A stretch of 63,951 nucleotides of DNA, counting the filler, from Chiloscyllium plagiosum (taxonomy: Eukaryota), in assembly GCF_004010195.1 (NCBI RefSeq). It is 4 parts of one record of this genome, joined end to end, with 100 filler letters (N's around TTAATTAATTAA, not from the genome) between each part and the next. Parts side by side here need not be neighbours in the genome. Positions count along the whole stretch, not along the records: positions 43,870 to 56,953 come from NC_057710.1; positions 57,054 to 63,951 come from NC_057710.1; 2 more parts are not named here. One strand, written 5' to 3'. Each line of letters starts with the position of its first letter. The stretch's first letter is position 1. The notes under the pieces are model-generated. The model had not been told where the DNA came from. It did no database searches and saw nothing but the letters and a program-made list of their open reading frames with translations. Both the position numbers and the translations under genes were made by a program. This document shows, piece by piece, positions 49,440 to 62,150 of the stretch.

Positions 49440-52400
49440 TCCACTTGGCACTTCTGGTGAGTGGATAGGGCTTTAAACTAGCTAGTGGAGGGGTGAGTTC
49501 AGTTTCATGGAAAATTATGGAATGGTGGAGGGAGGAGGTTATCAGCAGAGATTATTAAAGTTTCCAGAACAAGTAATAGGACAAAGTACAGAAAGGGTCA
49601 GGAATCTAACTTCAAGCACAGCAGTTAAAGGGACAACCATGAGAAGTGGGGCTAGTCAACACAAGACTGAGGGTGTTGTACTTAAATGCATGCAGTACAA
49701 AACAAGGTAAATAAGCTTAGCGCAAATTGGCAGGTACATGTTGTGGATACCACCGAGACATGACTGGAAACTAAATATCCTAGGATACATGCCATTATCA
49801 AAAGGATAAGCAGATGGGCAGGGGGGTGGGATTGCTTTGTTAGTAAGAAACAAAATGAACACTTCTTGCTATCAATTTATCAAGTTGGAAGGTGTAGAAT
49901 CTGTGTGGATAGAGTTGAGGAACTGCAAAACAGACCCTTATTGGAGTTGTGTACAAGCCTTCTCGCAGTAGTCCAATGTGGGGAAGAAACTAAATCAGGA
50001 GGTAGAAAAGGCATGTAAGAAAGGCCCTATGACAATAAACATGGAGTACTTCAATATGCAGATGGATTGGGAAAACAGGTTGGGAGTGGATCTCCAGAAA
50101 AGGAATTTGTGGAATGTCTGCAAGATTTTGGTTTTCGAAAAGTTGGTGGTCAAGCCCAGTAGGAAACAGGCAGTTCTGGATTTGGTGACATTTAATGAGG
50201 CAGATTTAATGAGGGAACTTAAGTTGAAGGAATCCCTAGGGGACAGTGACCAGAATATGATAGAATTCATCCTGCAGTTTGAGAGGGAGTAGCTGGGGTC
50301 AGATGTAATGGTTATACAGTTGAGTAAAGGTAATGACAGAGACATGAGGGAGGAGCTACACAGAGTTGATTGGACAGGGACCCTAGAAGGGAAGATGGTG
50401 AACCAGCAATGGCAGGAGTTTCTGGGAGTAATTCAGGAGGCACAGCCAAAATTCATCCCCAAGAAGAAGAGACATACAAAGGGGAGGACAAAACAACCAA
50501 GGCTGACAAGGGAAGACAGCATTAAAGCAAAAGCATACAGTGTAGTGAAGATTAGTCAGAAGCTAGAGCTTTGGGAAGCCTTTAAAAACCAGGATAACCA
50601 AAATAGTAATAAGCCAAGAGGAGATGAACTATGAGAGTAAGCTAGCTAGTAATAGAAAAAGATTACACGAGTTTTTAGATTTCTAAAAGATAAGAGAGGT
50701 AAGAATGAATATTGGACTGCTGGCAAATGAGGCTGGAGAGGTAGTGATCAGGAGCAAAGAAATGACATAGGAACTGAATCGGTACTTTACATCAGTTTTC
50801 ACGGTGGAAGACACCAGCAGTATACCAGAACTTCGAGAGTCAGGGGGCAGAGGTGAGTGTAGTTTCCAACCCCAAGGAGATGTTGGGCAAGTTGAAAGAT
50901 CTGAAGGTGGGTAAATCATCTGGATTGGATAGACTACACCCCAAAGTTCTGAAGGAGGTTGTGGAGACTTTGGTGGTTATCTCTCAGGAATTTCTAGGGT
51001 CAGGAAGGGGCCTAGAGGACTGGAAAATTGCTTTCATAACACACCTGTTTAAAGGAGGGAGGCAAAAGACAGGAAGCTTCTGACAGGAAATTCAGAACTC
51101 TGAAGTGCCAAGGCACTTGGGAGTTCTGGTCTAGGATTCTCTCAATGTAAATTTGCAGTTTGAGTCAATAGTTAGGAAAGCAAATACAATGTTGGCATTT
51201 ATTGCTGTCTAGAATAGAAATGCAGGAATGTATTTCTGAGGCTTTATAAAGCTCTTGTCAGACCACATTTGAAGTATTGTGAGCAATCTTTGGGCCCCTA
51301 TACCTTGGGAAGGATGTACTGGCCCTTGAGCAGGTCCAGAGGAGGTTCACAAGAATGATCCCAGGAATGAAAGCCTTAACATGTGAGGAACGTTTGAAAA
51401 CTCTGGGTCGATACTCGATGGAGTTTAGAAGGATGGGAGGTGATTGAAATTTACAGAATACCGAATGGCCTGGACAGAGTAGACATTGGGAAAATGTTTC
51501 CATTGGCAGGTGAGGACCGAAGTGCACTGCCTTAGAGTAAAGGGAAAACTCTCTAGAACAGAAATAAGGAGAAACTTTTTCAGCCAGAGGTTGGTGAGTC
51601 TATGGAATTCATTGCGACAGAAGGCTACGGACGCCAGGTCATTGAATATATTTAAAACAGAGATAGATAGGATTCTCAACCCCATTTTCCCACTTTCTCC
51701 CCATTTATCATGAACCTATCAGCCATAATTGCTTGGCAAAGCAGACTCTGGTCGAATGGCCCAATTTCTGCGCCCATGGCCTTATGGAAGTTACAGGCCT
51801 CAGACACTGCTAAGATTTTAGAGCCAATTATTAAGGATGGCATCGTGGAGTTTTGGAAGTACATGGTAAAATAGGGCTGAGTTCAGCATGGTATCATCAA
51901 GGGGAGACAAAGGAGCATTGGTGGATGTGATCTTTAGAAGGCCTTTGACAAGGTAACACACAAGAGGCTGCTAAGTAGCATAAGAGCCCACAGTGTTAGG
52001 GATAAGGTTCTGGCATGGATAGAGGATTGGCTGATAGGCAGAAGGCAGAGAGTGGGGATAAATGGGTCTTTTCAGGATGGCAGGTAGTGACTAGCAGAGC
52101 TTCACTGAGTTGTTACGACACAGGGTAAACTCCACCCCTGCTAATTTAAACTAGCAACACAGAAATTATTTAACCCGTGCTGTAATCTGTTAAAATTCGA
52201 GAGGCCAAGAACTATCCCAAAGGTCACTATTTAAAGTAAAAATTAACAACTTTTTTTTTTTTTTAAGTCTAACAGGAATAATTAACTAACAACTATTCAC
52301 TAACCTATCTTTTACTTTCCCTTCTATAATACTGGTCCAATAAAGATCCCGATTAAGATTTATAAAAAGTATTCAAATTTCAAAACCAGTTAGTTGGCAA

Positions 52401-53750
52401 ATCTCCTGTTCGTATCGTCCCCTGTAGGTTTGCTCTCCAGGTCGGTGTCGATGTTTTTCCTGTGTACAAACTCCTTCTCCAGACAATTTACTTCTCAGAG
52501 ACTTCTGACTAGCAGCCTACATCTGTTGGTCTTTTGGTAGTTCTCTCCCAACTGTTCAATTTGTTTAATATTTATACCACAGAGCATTGGATTATTTCAT
52601 AGGCTTTAATTTTATCAAAATACCAAATTCAAACTTGATTGGAGTTTATTATCTTGAGGCATAATTTAAACTGGCCGAATTTGAATTTTTTTTTTGTCCC
52701 ATAGCAACCCAGGTACTGCTTGCTGCTGGACCAAATGTTGCACTGTAAATTTTCCAGTACTCTATGTAGATCTCTCTAAGTCCTTGTTAGTTTTCAACTC
52801 TCTTAATGGTACAGTACCCCTTACACCTTCATAACAGCTGTGATCACAATGGTTCATGTTATACATTAACAAACTGGCTGAAGGAACTGTGAGGGAATTG
52901 TTGTTAAGTTTGCAGATGACACAAAGGTAGGTCAAGGAACAGGTGGTGTTGAAGAGGAAGGAGGCTACAGAGGGACTTGGACAGGCGAGAAAAGTGAACA
53001 AAGAAATGGCAAATGGAGTACAGTGTGGGAAAGTGTGAGATTATGCACTTTGGTGGGAAGAATAAGAGTGTAGACTACTTTACAAACAGGAAAAAGCTTC
53101 GGAAATCTGACAGACAAAGGAAGTTAGGAATCCTGGTTCAGGATTCTCTTAAGGTTAACATACAAGTTCTGTTGACAGACAAATGCAATATTAGCATTCA
53201 TTTCAAGAGGGTTAGAATGCAAGAGCAGAGATTGTACTACTGAGGCAGTATAAGGCTCTGATGAGACTGAGTTTGAAATATTGTGTGCAATTATCTGAGG
53301 AAAGCTGTGGTTAGCTTGGAGAGGGTCCAGAGGATGTTTACATAAGTGATCCTGGGGGTGAAGGGATGGCATGAGGGTGACGTCTGCACTTGAAGTTTAG
53401 AAGGAAGATGGGGCAGATCTGACTGAAACTTATAGAATATGGAGCGGCCTGGATGGAGTGGAGGTGGAGAAGACTCTTCCACCAGTACGAGAGAATAGGT
53501 CCAAGAACTTTTTAAAACTCAAGGGGGAGTTTCTTCAGTTAAAGGGTGGTTAAACTATGGAACTCTGCCACAGAAAGCTGGGCAGGCCAAGTTAATGGAT
53601 GTATTTAAAACCGAGATAGATTCTTGATTAGTAAGGAGATCAAGGGTTACAGGGAGAAGGTAGGAGGATAGGGTTGAGAAACATACCTGCCATGATCAAA
53701 TGGCAGAGCAGACTTGATGGGCCTAATATTCTGCTCCTATATCTTTATTG
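49440..53750 (+). mobile_element. Decayed CR1 ORF2 with a second CR1 3' piece (about 51085-51790) and an LTR nested inside
   Basis: FNMQMDW, LDLV..NE.DL, SSGLDRLHPKVLKEV, KFADDTK, GKCEIMHFG. Confidence 0.85.
52111..52836. mobile_element. LTR-like element, same family as 36742-37448
   Basis: TGTTACGA...TCATAACA termini and colinear similarity; no clean TSD. Confidence 0.75.
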
Positions 53751-53754
53751 TCTT

Positions 53755-54440
53755 GTGAAGATTGTTGTAAATGCTTCAGCCTTGTCTCTGAGTGCTGGGC
53801 TTCCCCATCTTTGAGGATGGGGATGCCTGTGGAGAAGCTGCTTCCAGTGAGTTGTTTAATTGTGCCACCATCATTCCCAACTGGATATGACAAGACTGCA
53901 GAGCTGAGATCTGATCTGGTGCTGTGGGATCATTTGGCTCTTTATCCCTTGCTGCTGCTTGTTTGTCACGCAAGTAGTCCTATTTTATAACTTCACTGGG
54001 TTGAAAGCTTAATTTTAGGTATGCCTGGTGCTGCTCCTGGTATGCCCTCATGCAGTCTTTGTTGAGAAAGTGTTGATCCCCTGGCTTGATTGTTATGGTT
54101 GAGTGGAGGATCTGCCGGACCATGGGTTTAAAGTTGTGTTGGAGTATGCTTTTGTAGCTGCTAATGGACCATCATCAATGCTCAATCTTGAATCAGTAGA
54201 CCTGAAGTCTGTCCCATTTAGCACAGCGGTGTTAACACAAGCACATTGGAGGATATTCTCAATGTGAAGGCAGCACTTTGTCTCCACAAACATTGTGTGA
54301 TGGTCTGTCTTAGTGATACTGTCATGGACAGCTGCATCTGCAGCAGGCAGATTGAGGATGAAGTCAAAAATGTTTTTCCCTCTTGGTGATTCCATCGTCA
54401 CCTCCCGCAGACCCAATCTTGCGTATGGTAATGGGGGATC
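53755..54440 (-). mobile_element. Old non-LTR retrotransposon ORF2 remnant (clade uncertain)
   Basis: PRGKNIFDFILNLPAADAAVHDSITKTDHHTMFV is endonuclease C-terminus-like (SDH region). Confidence 0.6.
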
Positions 54441-54734
54441 GGTGATGGTGAAGTCCAACCACCCCACCTCTGGGCATGGGCACCTCGCTGGATAGTCCTG
54501 GAGTTCAGAACTACGACTGCTGTCTCCACTTGTTCTCTACAGAGGGCTTCAAATTTTGCACCTGCTGGTGCTTGAGAGAATTCTACTGCTGAGCCAAAGG
54601 CTCGTCTCCATAAATAAATATGACAATTATGCCAAGTACATTAGCATACATTTCCTGCCCAATATCTAAACCGTGACAGTACAACTGCCTATATATGGAT
54701 GGACATGTAGTAGTAATATGAGCACTATACAGGA

Positions 54735-55082
54735 AGGGAGGCAATGACCTAGTGGTGTTATCACTGGAGTGTTAAACCGAGACTGAGGTAGTAATGTTCG
54801 AGAGACCTGGGTTCAAATCCTGCAATGGTAGATGGTGAAATTTGTATCCAATATAAATCTGGAATTAAGAGTCTAGCGATGACCAAGAATCCATTGTCGC
54901 TCATTTGGGGGAAAACCCCATCTGGTTCGTTAATGTCCTTTAGGGAATGAACCCTTACCTGGTCTGGCCTACGTGTGACTCCAGACCCACAGCAATGTGG
55001 TTGACTCTCACCTGCCCTCTGGGCAATTAGGGACGGGCAATAAATGCGGGTCCAGCCAGTATTGGCCTCATTTGTGAATGAA
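54735..55082 (+). mobile_element. tRNA-headed shark SINE (second family), full length
   Basis: GGGAGGCAATGACCTAGTGG A-box-like and GGTTCAAATCC B-box; tail GGGCAATTAGGGACGGGCAATAAATGC...GAATGAAT. Confidence 0.88.
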
Positions 55083-55334
55083 TTTTGTTTTAAACCATGA
55101 AATTTTCACCACTTGTGTTCCAGCACTATTGAATAATATCTAGCAATGCTGTGGTAGTTTGAAAAAGTAAAACATCTCTTAGTAATTACCAAATGATAGG
55201 TCTTTGTCTACAAGCCTTTTTACAAGAAATGTTACATTTTGAAAGAAGAATTCAAAACAGCAGTGCTGCTGCAGACCTGAGAGGTACTGTTGCAGTTAGT
55301 CTCTGCCTCTCCAGTCAATTCACAGAAACTCAGG

Positions 55335-55870
55335 GGAGATGATTAGTGGTACTATCACTAGTTATATTCAGGGGACCTGGGTTTGAATCACACCATTGTG
55401 AAACTTAAATTATATAAAATCTGGAATTAAGAGTCTAAATTAGATTACTTACAGTGTCGAAACAGGCCCTTCGGCCCAACAATTCCACACCGCCCCGCCG
55501 AAGCGCAACCCACCCATACCCCCAACCGGAGCACCCGGAGGAAACCCATGCAGACACGGGGAGAACGTGCAAACTCCACACAGTCAGTCGCCTGAGGCGG
55601 GAATTGAACCCGGGTCTCTGGAGCTGTGAGGCAGCAGTGCTAACCACTGTGCCACCGTGCTGCCAAATGACAACCATGAAACTGCCAATTGTTAGAAAAG
55701 CCCATTTAGTTGACCCATGTCCTCTTTGGGGAAGGAAATCTGCTGTCCTCAGTTGGATTGGCCTGTATGTGACTCCAGATCCACAGCAAGGTGATTGATT
55801 CTTAACTCCCCTCTGGGCAATTACAGTTAGGCTATATATGTTGGCCTAGCCAGTGACACCCATGTAAAAT
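55335..55870 (+). mobile_element. Second-family SINE split by an HE1 insertion
   Basis: Sequence resumes colinearly after 55668. Confidence 0.8.
55441..55664 (-). mobile_element. HE1-type SINE with internal deletion, TSD AAAT
   Basis: AAAT at 55437-55440 and 55665-55668. Confidence 0.9.
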
Positions 55871-55929
55871 GAATTCTCCCAAGATGAGGAGCCAATGATT
55901 TTTGCTCAATAGCAAACACTTTCAAAAAA

Positions 55930-56135
55930 CAAAAGATTTACAGATGCTGGTAATCAAAAACAGAAATTGCCTGAAAAGCTCAGCAAGTCTGGCATCATCT
56001 ATGGAGAGAAATCAGAGTTAACATCAACTGGAATTCCTGAAGAAGGGCCACTTGACTCAAAATGTTAAATCTGATTTCTCTTCACAAATGCTGCCAGACC
56101 TGCTGAGCTTTTCCAGAAATTTCTGTTCTTGTTTC
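55930..56135. mobile_element. Older palindromic Penelope-derived mini-element
   Basis: ACAGAAATT..GAAAAGCTCAGCA.GTCTGGCA arm and its reverse complement around CTGAAGAAGGG. Confidence 0.75.
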
Positions 56136-56214
56136 ATCTAAAGGCTTTCATCTGAAACAGTCAACAACAGAGGTTCTGGATGCAATATTTATCAAACAAC
56201 TACAGACATGGATT

Positions 56215-56520
56215 TTTTTATTCATTCAGGAGTTATAGGTGTTGCTGGCTAGGCCAGAATTTATTGCCCAGTGGGTAGTTAAGAGTTTACCATTTTGCTT
56301 TGGATCTGGTGTCACCTGTAGGCCAGACCAGGTAAGGATGATAGTTTCCTTCCCTAAAGGGCATTAGTGAACCAGATGGGGTTTTCCTGATAATGGATCC
56401 ATTAGACTCTTGATTCCAGTTTTTTTTTATATTGAATTCAAATTCCACCATCTGCCATGGCAGGACTTTAATGTTCTGGGCATCCAGATTTATTAGTTCG
56501 CTAGATTAACAGTCCAGTGC
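56215..56520 (-). mobile_element. tRNA-headed shark SINE (second family)
   Basis: Reverse complement of the 54735 copy. Confidence 0.82.
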
Positions 56521-56529
56521 TTAATACGA

Positions 56530-56953
56530 CTAGGCCCTTCAGCCCTTGATGTTGCGCCGACCTGTGAACTATTCTCAGCTCGTCCCCCTACACTATCCCA
56601 TCATCATAGAACATAGAACAGTACAGCACAGAGCAGGCCCTTCAGCCCACGATGTTGTGCTGACCACTGATCCTCATGTATGCACCCTCAAATTTCTGTG
56701 ACCATATGCATGTCCAGTAGTCTCTTAAATGTCCCCAATGACCTTGCTTCCACCATTGCTGCTGGCAACGCATTCCATGCTCTCACAACTCTCTGTGTAA
56801 AGAACCTGCCTCTGACATCCCCTGTATACTTTTCTCCAACCACCTTAAAACTATGACCCCTCGTGTTAGTCATTTCTGCCCTGAGAAATAGTCTCTGGCT
56901 AGCGACTCTATCTATGCCTCCCATTATCTTGTATACCTCAATTAGGTCCCCTC
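56530..56953 (-). mobile_element. Two nested CR1 3' ends
   Basis: (ATAGAAC)n tail at about 56606; RGRFFTQRVVRAWNALP. Confidence 0.85.
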
Positions 56954-57063
56954 NNNNNNNNNNNNNNNNNNNNNNNNNNNNNNNNNNNNNNNNNNNNTTA
57001 ATTAATTAANNNNNNNNNNNNNNNNNNNNNNNNNNNNNNNNNNNNNNNNNNNNCCCCCCCCCC

Positions 57064-57992
57064 CTCCAAGGGGTGCGTATTCAGCCCCTTACTTTATTCA
57101 CTTTATATTCATGACTGCTTCACCAAATACTAGACTAATGCCATTTACAAGTTCACTGATGACACCATCATAGTTGATCGAATCTCAGTTGGCGATGAAA
57201 CAGACTACAGACGGGATGTGGAAGAACTGGAAAAATGGTGCACTGAGAACAACCTAGCTCTCAATGCCGGCAAAACCCAGGAACCCATTATTGATTTTCA
57301 GTGGGATGTTACTCATGCCCCCCTACACATTAACAGCACAGAGGTGGAACGGGTGGAGAGGGTCAAGCACCTGGGCGTGGTTCTCCACAACAAGCTTTCC
57401 TGGAAGCTTCATGTGAATGCATTGATTACAGTGCATTCTTCCTCAGGCAGCTGAGGAAATTTGACATGACGGCAAATACCCTTGCCAACTTTTATAGGTG
57501 AGCCATCGAGAGCATTCCGTCTGTATGTATCACTACCTGGTACGGCAACTGTACCATTCAAGATCGGCGACGGTTACAGAGAGTGGTGAGCTCGGCCCGG
57601 ACAATCACAAAGGCCAACTCCCATTTATAGAATCCATCTACCAGGCCTGATGTCAAGGAAAGGCCGCCAGCATTCTCAAAGATCCATCCCACCCTGGCAA
57701 TATTTTTCCACAACCTCTACCATTGGGGAGAAGATACAGAAACCTGAACACTTGTACCAGCCGGTTTCGTAACAGTTTCTACCCTACTGTTGTTAGAATA
57801 CTGAATGGACTCACAAACTCTTAACATTCACCTGTACCTGTGCTTTTGTTTTTGCCGCTGTTTAACCATTATTTACTGATCTATGCTACTTACCTCTGTG
57901 TTCTGCCTGTATTGCTCGCAAGACAAAGCTTTTCACTGTGCCTCGGTACTTATGACAATAAATTCAATTCAATTCAAATTTAATTCAATTCA
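57064..57992 (+). mobile_element. Rex1/Babar-like LINE 3' portion with AATAAA and (ATTCA)n tail
   Basis: QGVRIQP/SPLLYSLYIHDC, KFTDDT, WCTENNLALN..KT.E, RFRNSFYP. Confidence 0.88.
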
Positions 57993-58628
57993 ATAATGTT
58001 TGAATTATTGATTTGGTACTTGATTGTCTGTGAGATATCTTAATAAATAGCTGAATTAAAGATAACTTGTGGTGATTTATTCACAACAGCAGTTTATTGC
58101 TTGATTGTAATAAGCACAATTAACATTAACCAGTTCAGACAGAATTACAACTATTCAGAGCCAAAGATGAGGCATCTTTTGGACTTTGTATTTGTGGGAG
58201 AAAATCCGTTTCCCTCTCCACCCATAGCATGGCCAGAAAGAGCATAAGGAACCATGTCTGCCTCAGCCACAACAGAAACTACCCAGAGTGCCTCAGCCTT
58301 GACCAAACAGGCTAAATAAGACACTGGGCATCAAACAGGAGATAACTCAAGCCATTTCCAGACTGGAGAATACACTTCCCGAGACAGCCTGATAATAGAG
58401 TTCCGAGCCCTCAATAAGCACAACTGCTCACGAAGCTCTAAGGGCAGCCTCACTCCTCACACATACTGAAACTCCACAAAGGGTGCTCAGACTGAAAGGC
58501 ACCAAAATACTTTGCTTGTGGACTAACCACAATGGAAACCCATTGATACCAGGATGAGAAACTTTAGCTCCTACTCTCACAGAGGATCGGAATCTCCTGA
58601 CTCAATCATGGACTGATTGCTGCTACTG

Positions 58629-58708
58629 AAAAATGTGTTGCTGGAAAAACGCAGCAAAAACGTTTCGGGCATAAGTCCTTCTTCAGGATCTGCAGTCCTC
58701 ACTTTCTC
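58629..58708. mobile_element. 80-bp Penelope-derived insertion with 16-bp TSD
   Basis: CTGATTGCTGCTACTG at 58613-58628 and 58709-58724; insert carries CTGAAGA...GAAACGTT on the minus strand. Confidence 0.85.
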
Positions 58709-59144
58709 CTGATTGCTGCTACTGGATGGCTGATTGTCCTCTCGTTGAATGTGTTTTACTGTAATTCATACCACATTATCGTCCCCCTATAAAACTACCT
58801 GTGCACACAGCTTAAGGAAGAAAACCCTTGATCTACTGTACAGACTGTCAGTTTTGTGTCAGCCTAGTCAATTTCTCTTCCAGCCATATTGCTTGTAGTA
58901 AACTGTTTGTCAGTTTCACCCGATCTATGCTTGTGTGGTCTCAGTTCAGATGAGCTGAGTTCTCTGACAGTGTTGCACTGCACAGCTAATGTAACTTTAA
59001 CAAACTGGGTCAAGCTAATGCAAAAATTAATGCTTTCCAAACCCTTACTTGATGCCATATTTTCCTACCTGATCATCTTCAAGGTGCAGAAGTGGTTCAG
59101 TGAAACTGTACATCAATGTAATGGAGCAAACAGCTTGGTTTAAT

Positions 59145-59300
59145 ATTTCACCTGAAAAGTATCAGCTCTCAAATGGCAATGCATCTCGGTACCACAGTGG
59201 AGTGTCAGCCATCTAGATTATATACTGAGGACATTAGTGACACTTGTACACACTTCAGCTTCCTAACTCAGAGGTGAAAAGTGCTATCTTTTGGCTGAAC
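59145..59300 (-). mobile_element. LF-SINE-like head remnant
   Basis: GGAGTGTCAGCC..CTAGATTAT...CTCAGAGGTGAAAAGTGCTA resembles the reverse complement of the recalled LF-SINE 5' part. Confidence 0.55.
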
Positions 59301-59619
59301 CAAATCATGTTTCTGTCCATCTGTTCCAGTTATTCCACAAAGCCTTTGGTGTGATATATTGTAATATGTGATTGATAATGTGACTGTGATATTAGTCGGA
59401 GAGAAGACATCCGATTTGAAGAAAGATGTAAACAAAGCTGTCTTAGATACTACACTAAAGAACTGTATTTAGTAGTTTGCAAAGCACAGATATAAATATG
59501 GGAGTGTTATAGTGCACCAGGTGTAGAAGGACCTTAATTTGTGACAAGGAGCCAACAGCCACCGACAACTCAGATATATCCCAAATAAGTATCTCAATGT
59601 GTAGGTAACATTTTGGCTT

Positions 59620-59852
59620 AAAGAACAAAGTAGACCATAAGTATTATAAGAAGAATAGAGAATTCACTGAGTGTCGTGGTCAGAATTACTTCATCAATGA
59701 ATAGCACAAGAAATTGATTTACTGAACATTAGTCTCATTCACATTAGCAGTAGATCGCTGAGTGTAAAATGGCTGTATTGTTTGCTCAATTGTCACTGCA
59801 CATTGTGTTATATGTCTTTGAGATACTTCTGAAGGACGGACAAGTTTCTTTC
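59620..59852 (+). mobile_element. LF-SINE-like 3' remnant
   Basis: AGAAGAATAGAGAATTC...GTGTCGTGGTCA...AAATGGCTG...CTTTGAGATACTTCTGA...CAAGTTTCTTTC. Confidence 0.5.
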
Positions 59853-62111
59853 AAGTCTTACCTTGCAATAATGTTTACTTTGTTTTGCTTTAGACTAGGA
59901 ATGTATGAATAAGATTCTATATGAGAAAAAAAATGAGAATGGTGTAAAATCAGGATTACTCTTAAACTTTGAAGATCAGCTGTTCAAATTATATAAAGTT
60001 TTGCACATTAAGTTTCATTATTTGAATTAAAGTAACATTTAATAAGTGCATATTTCTTTTAAAAAGCCTGACATTTTTATATGTGATCACAGGATATTAA
60101 AAAGTAAAACTAAAAACTGACAACATATTAAATTTGATGCTATATTTTTCATTATGATTTGTCATGAACATCTTACTGAGTGGAGATATAATTGCAGAAA
60201 ATCTCAACTTTGTTTTGTACCTAATAGTATATTAAAATGAATTCAAATATTTGAGTTTTTGTCTTAGATATCACAAGTAGAATATTCCTCATTATTTATC
60301 GCTTTGTCTTTATAAATTGCCTTTATGGAGAGTTTAGGACTGGATAAAGAAAATAGGTCAGTAATGGGAAAAAAATAAAAGAAGATATTTTAGAAATGTC
60401 TATACCACTCCTTTGTGATATTAAATCGATGGTCTAATAAGCCAACCTTTCCCAAATTTGACTTTTGGTGGCCTTCAATAAAACCATCTCTGTGACACTG
60501 AGTGTCCTGCGGTCACACATAATGAAGATCACTGCTTGAGACACCTATTGTGATTTTTATGACTGAGAGACTTCCTTTTTGTTAAGGAGATGATCTCTGA
60601 TTTGGTTGAATAGCCACAGATGCTTCCTGCATGCTTTAGGACATTGGAGAGTTAACCCTGACATTTTTCAGTCTATTTAAATTGATTTCTGCTGTCTACT
60701 TGCTGCCCTGTGACTAAGATCTGTAGCAGCTTTTGTGATTATAAATCACTCCTTCTATCACCAGTAGACAAGTGCTCTGCCACTTTCTATTCAGTTTCTT
60801 CTACTGTTAGGGGAAGTGAAATACGCATCTCTGGTTTTTGCCTTTGTTACACAAACAGGTCAAAGGAAATCAATAACTTGCAGCAAGCTCTATATCTGTC
60901 TTATAAACTCTTATCTCTGGGGCTAAGTGGTGTCTCAGGAAAGCATTATAAAATTCTACCACCCTTGGAAAGAGCCAAGGAAATCAGGCAATAATATCAT
61001 ATATATGAACAATGAAAATTCTTTCCTTTCTCATGGGATCAAAGTTAAAAGTTTGATTCACAATAGCTTGCATTGATTAAGAATTTTATGTGTACCGATA
61101 CGTTCAGCTGAAAAGATTTTCCATCTATTTATTTTAATTAATGTTGTATTCTCTGACAAGACTCAAAACCACTAATGTATTAGCTTGAAGTCAAATGAGA
61201 ATGGCAACTCAGAGAGATGTTTAATGGATAGCCAATTATCATGTTCTAGTTTCCTTGGGTGAAGGCCATTGACCATGCAAGATAAAATCCCAATGGGAAA
61301 ATCCACCAGTAAGAAGGATAATTGTTTCAGTATAAGTGGGAAAATTCAGCTTAATCTGAACATGTAAGCAGACTTATCAACTTATTATTAAATGACAGCT
61401 TAGGTTATTTCAGGCACTGTTACTTCTAAGCCTAAATGGGAATTTCAAACAAAGATCATCTGTCTGTGTGACCATCCTTTGTGAATCATGATCCTATCCC
61501 TCCCTGACACTTTCAGTCCTTCTAGCAAACATTGAGGGTCAGACTCCAGGGTCAGGCAGGCATCTAGCACTGCATCATAGCAAGCTAAGGGAAAAAGAAC
61601 AGAAGTCACATTTCCCCATGTTCATCGTAATTTACATACACGGCATCAGGTTTGACCACTTGGAAATGGAGTGGGACCAGCAATACAGTGGAATGTATCC
61701 CTAAGGAAGTTTCTGCCTGCACCTGTGCTAGATCCCCAAGGCAGGTCAGAGTCAGAAAATGTAGGTTATACTGCCTTAATTATTCCAATGTTTATCCATT
61801 GCTGCTATTTCCTGGTAATATTGCAATCATCTCTTGATCCCCATTTTCACTATTTTGACAATCCTCTTTCAGTATTTTATTGTATTGGGCGACAAGGTTA
61901 TTTGACTCACATTATGTTACTGATGTAAGTTGTCTTTCTTTATTAAACAAAATGCTTAACATTATGAGGGCATGTAACAGATAGAAATTGATTGCTTCCA
62001 GGAGGTATGCATGTGAAATTAAATGTAAAGCATGAGAGAATGAGTGCATCACCAGAATTTGTGATTAAAACAGAAGCCATAGGGACAACAGTTAACTACA
62101 AGCCAAAGTTT

Positions 62112-62150
62112 CCTTACCTGAAAAATATGTAAGAACAAGTTGAAAATTGG
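62112..62150 (-). other. Juxtaposed 3'/5' splice site (candidate recursive splice site)
   Basis: Minus strand CAATTTTCAACTTGTTCTTACATATTTTTCAG|GTAAGG. Confidence 0.35.

Noticed and set aside
54735..54830. tRNA gene (A/B boxes)
   Set aside because: No full cloverleaf; it is the head of a multi-copy SINE
59862..59916. Minus-strand 55-nt exon candidate (SYSYIPSLKQNKVNIIA, AAG|GTAAGA)
   Set aside because: Very AT-rich, unrecognised peptide, donor abuts a SINE tail; indistinguishable from chance
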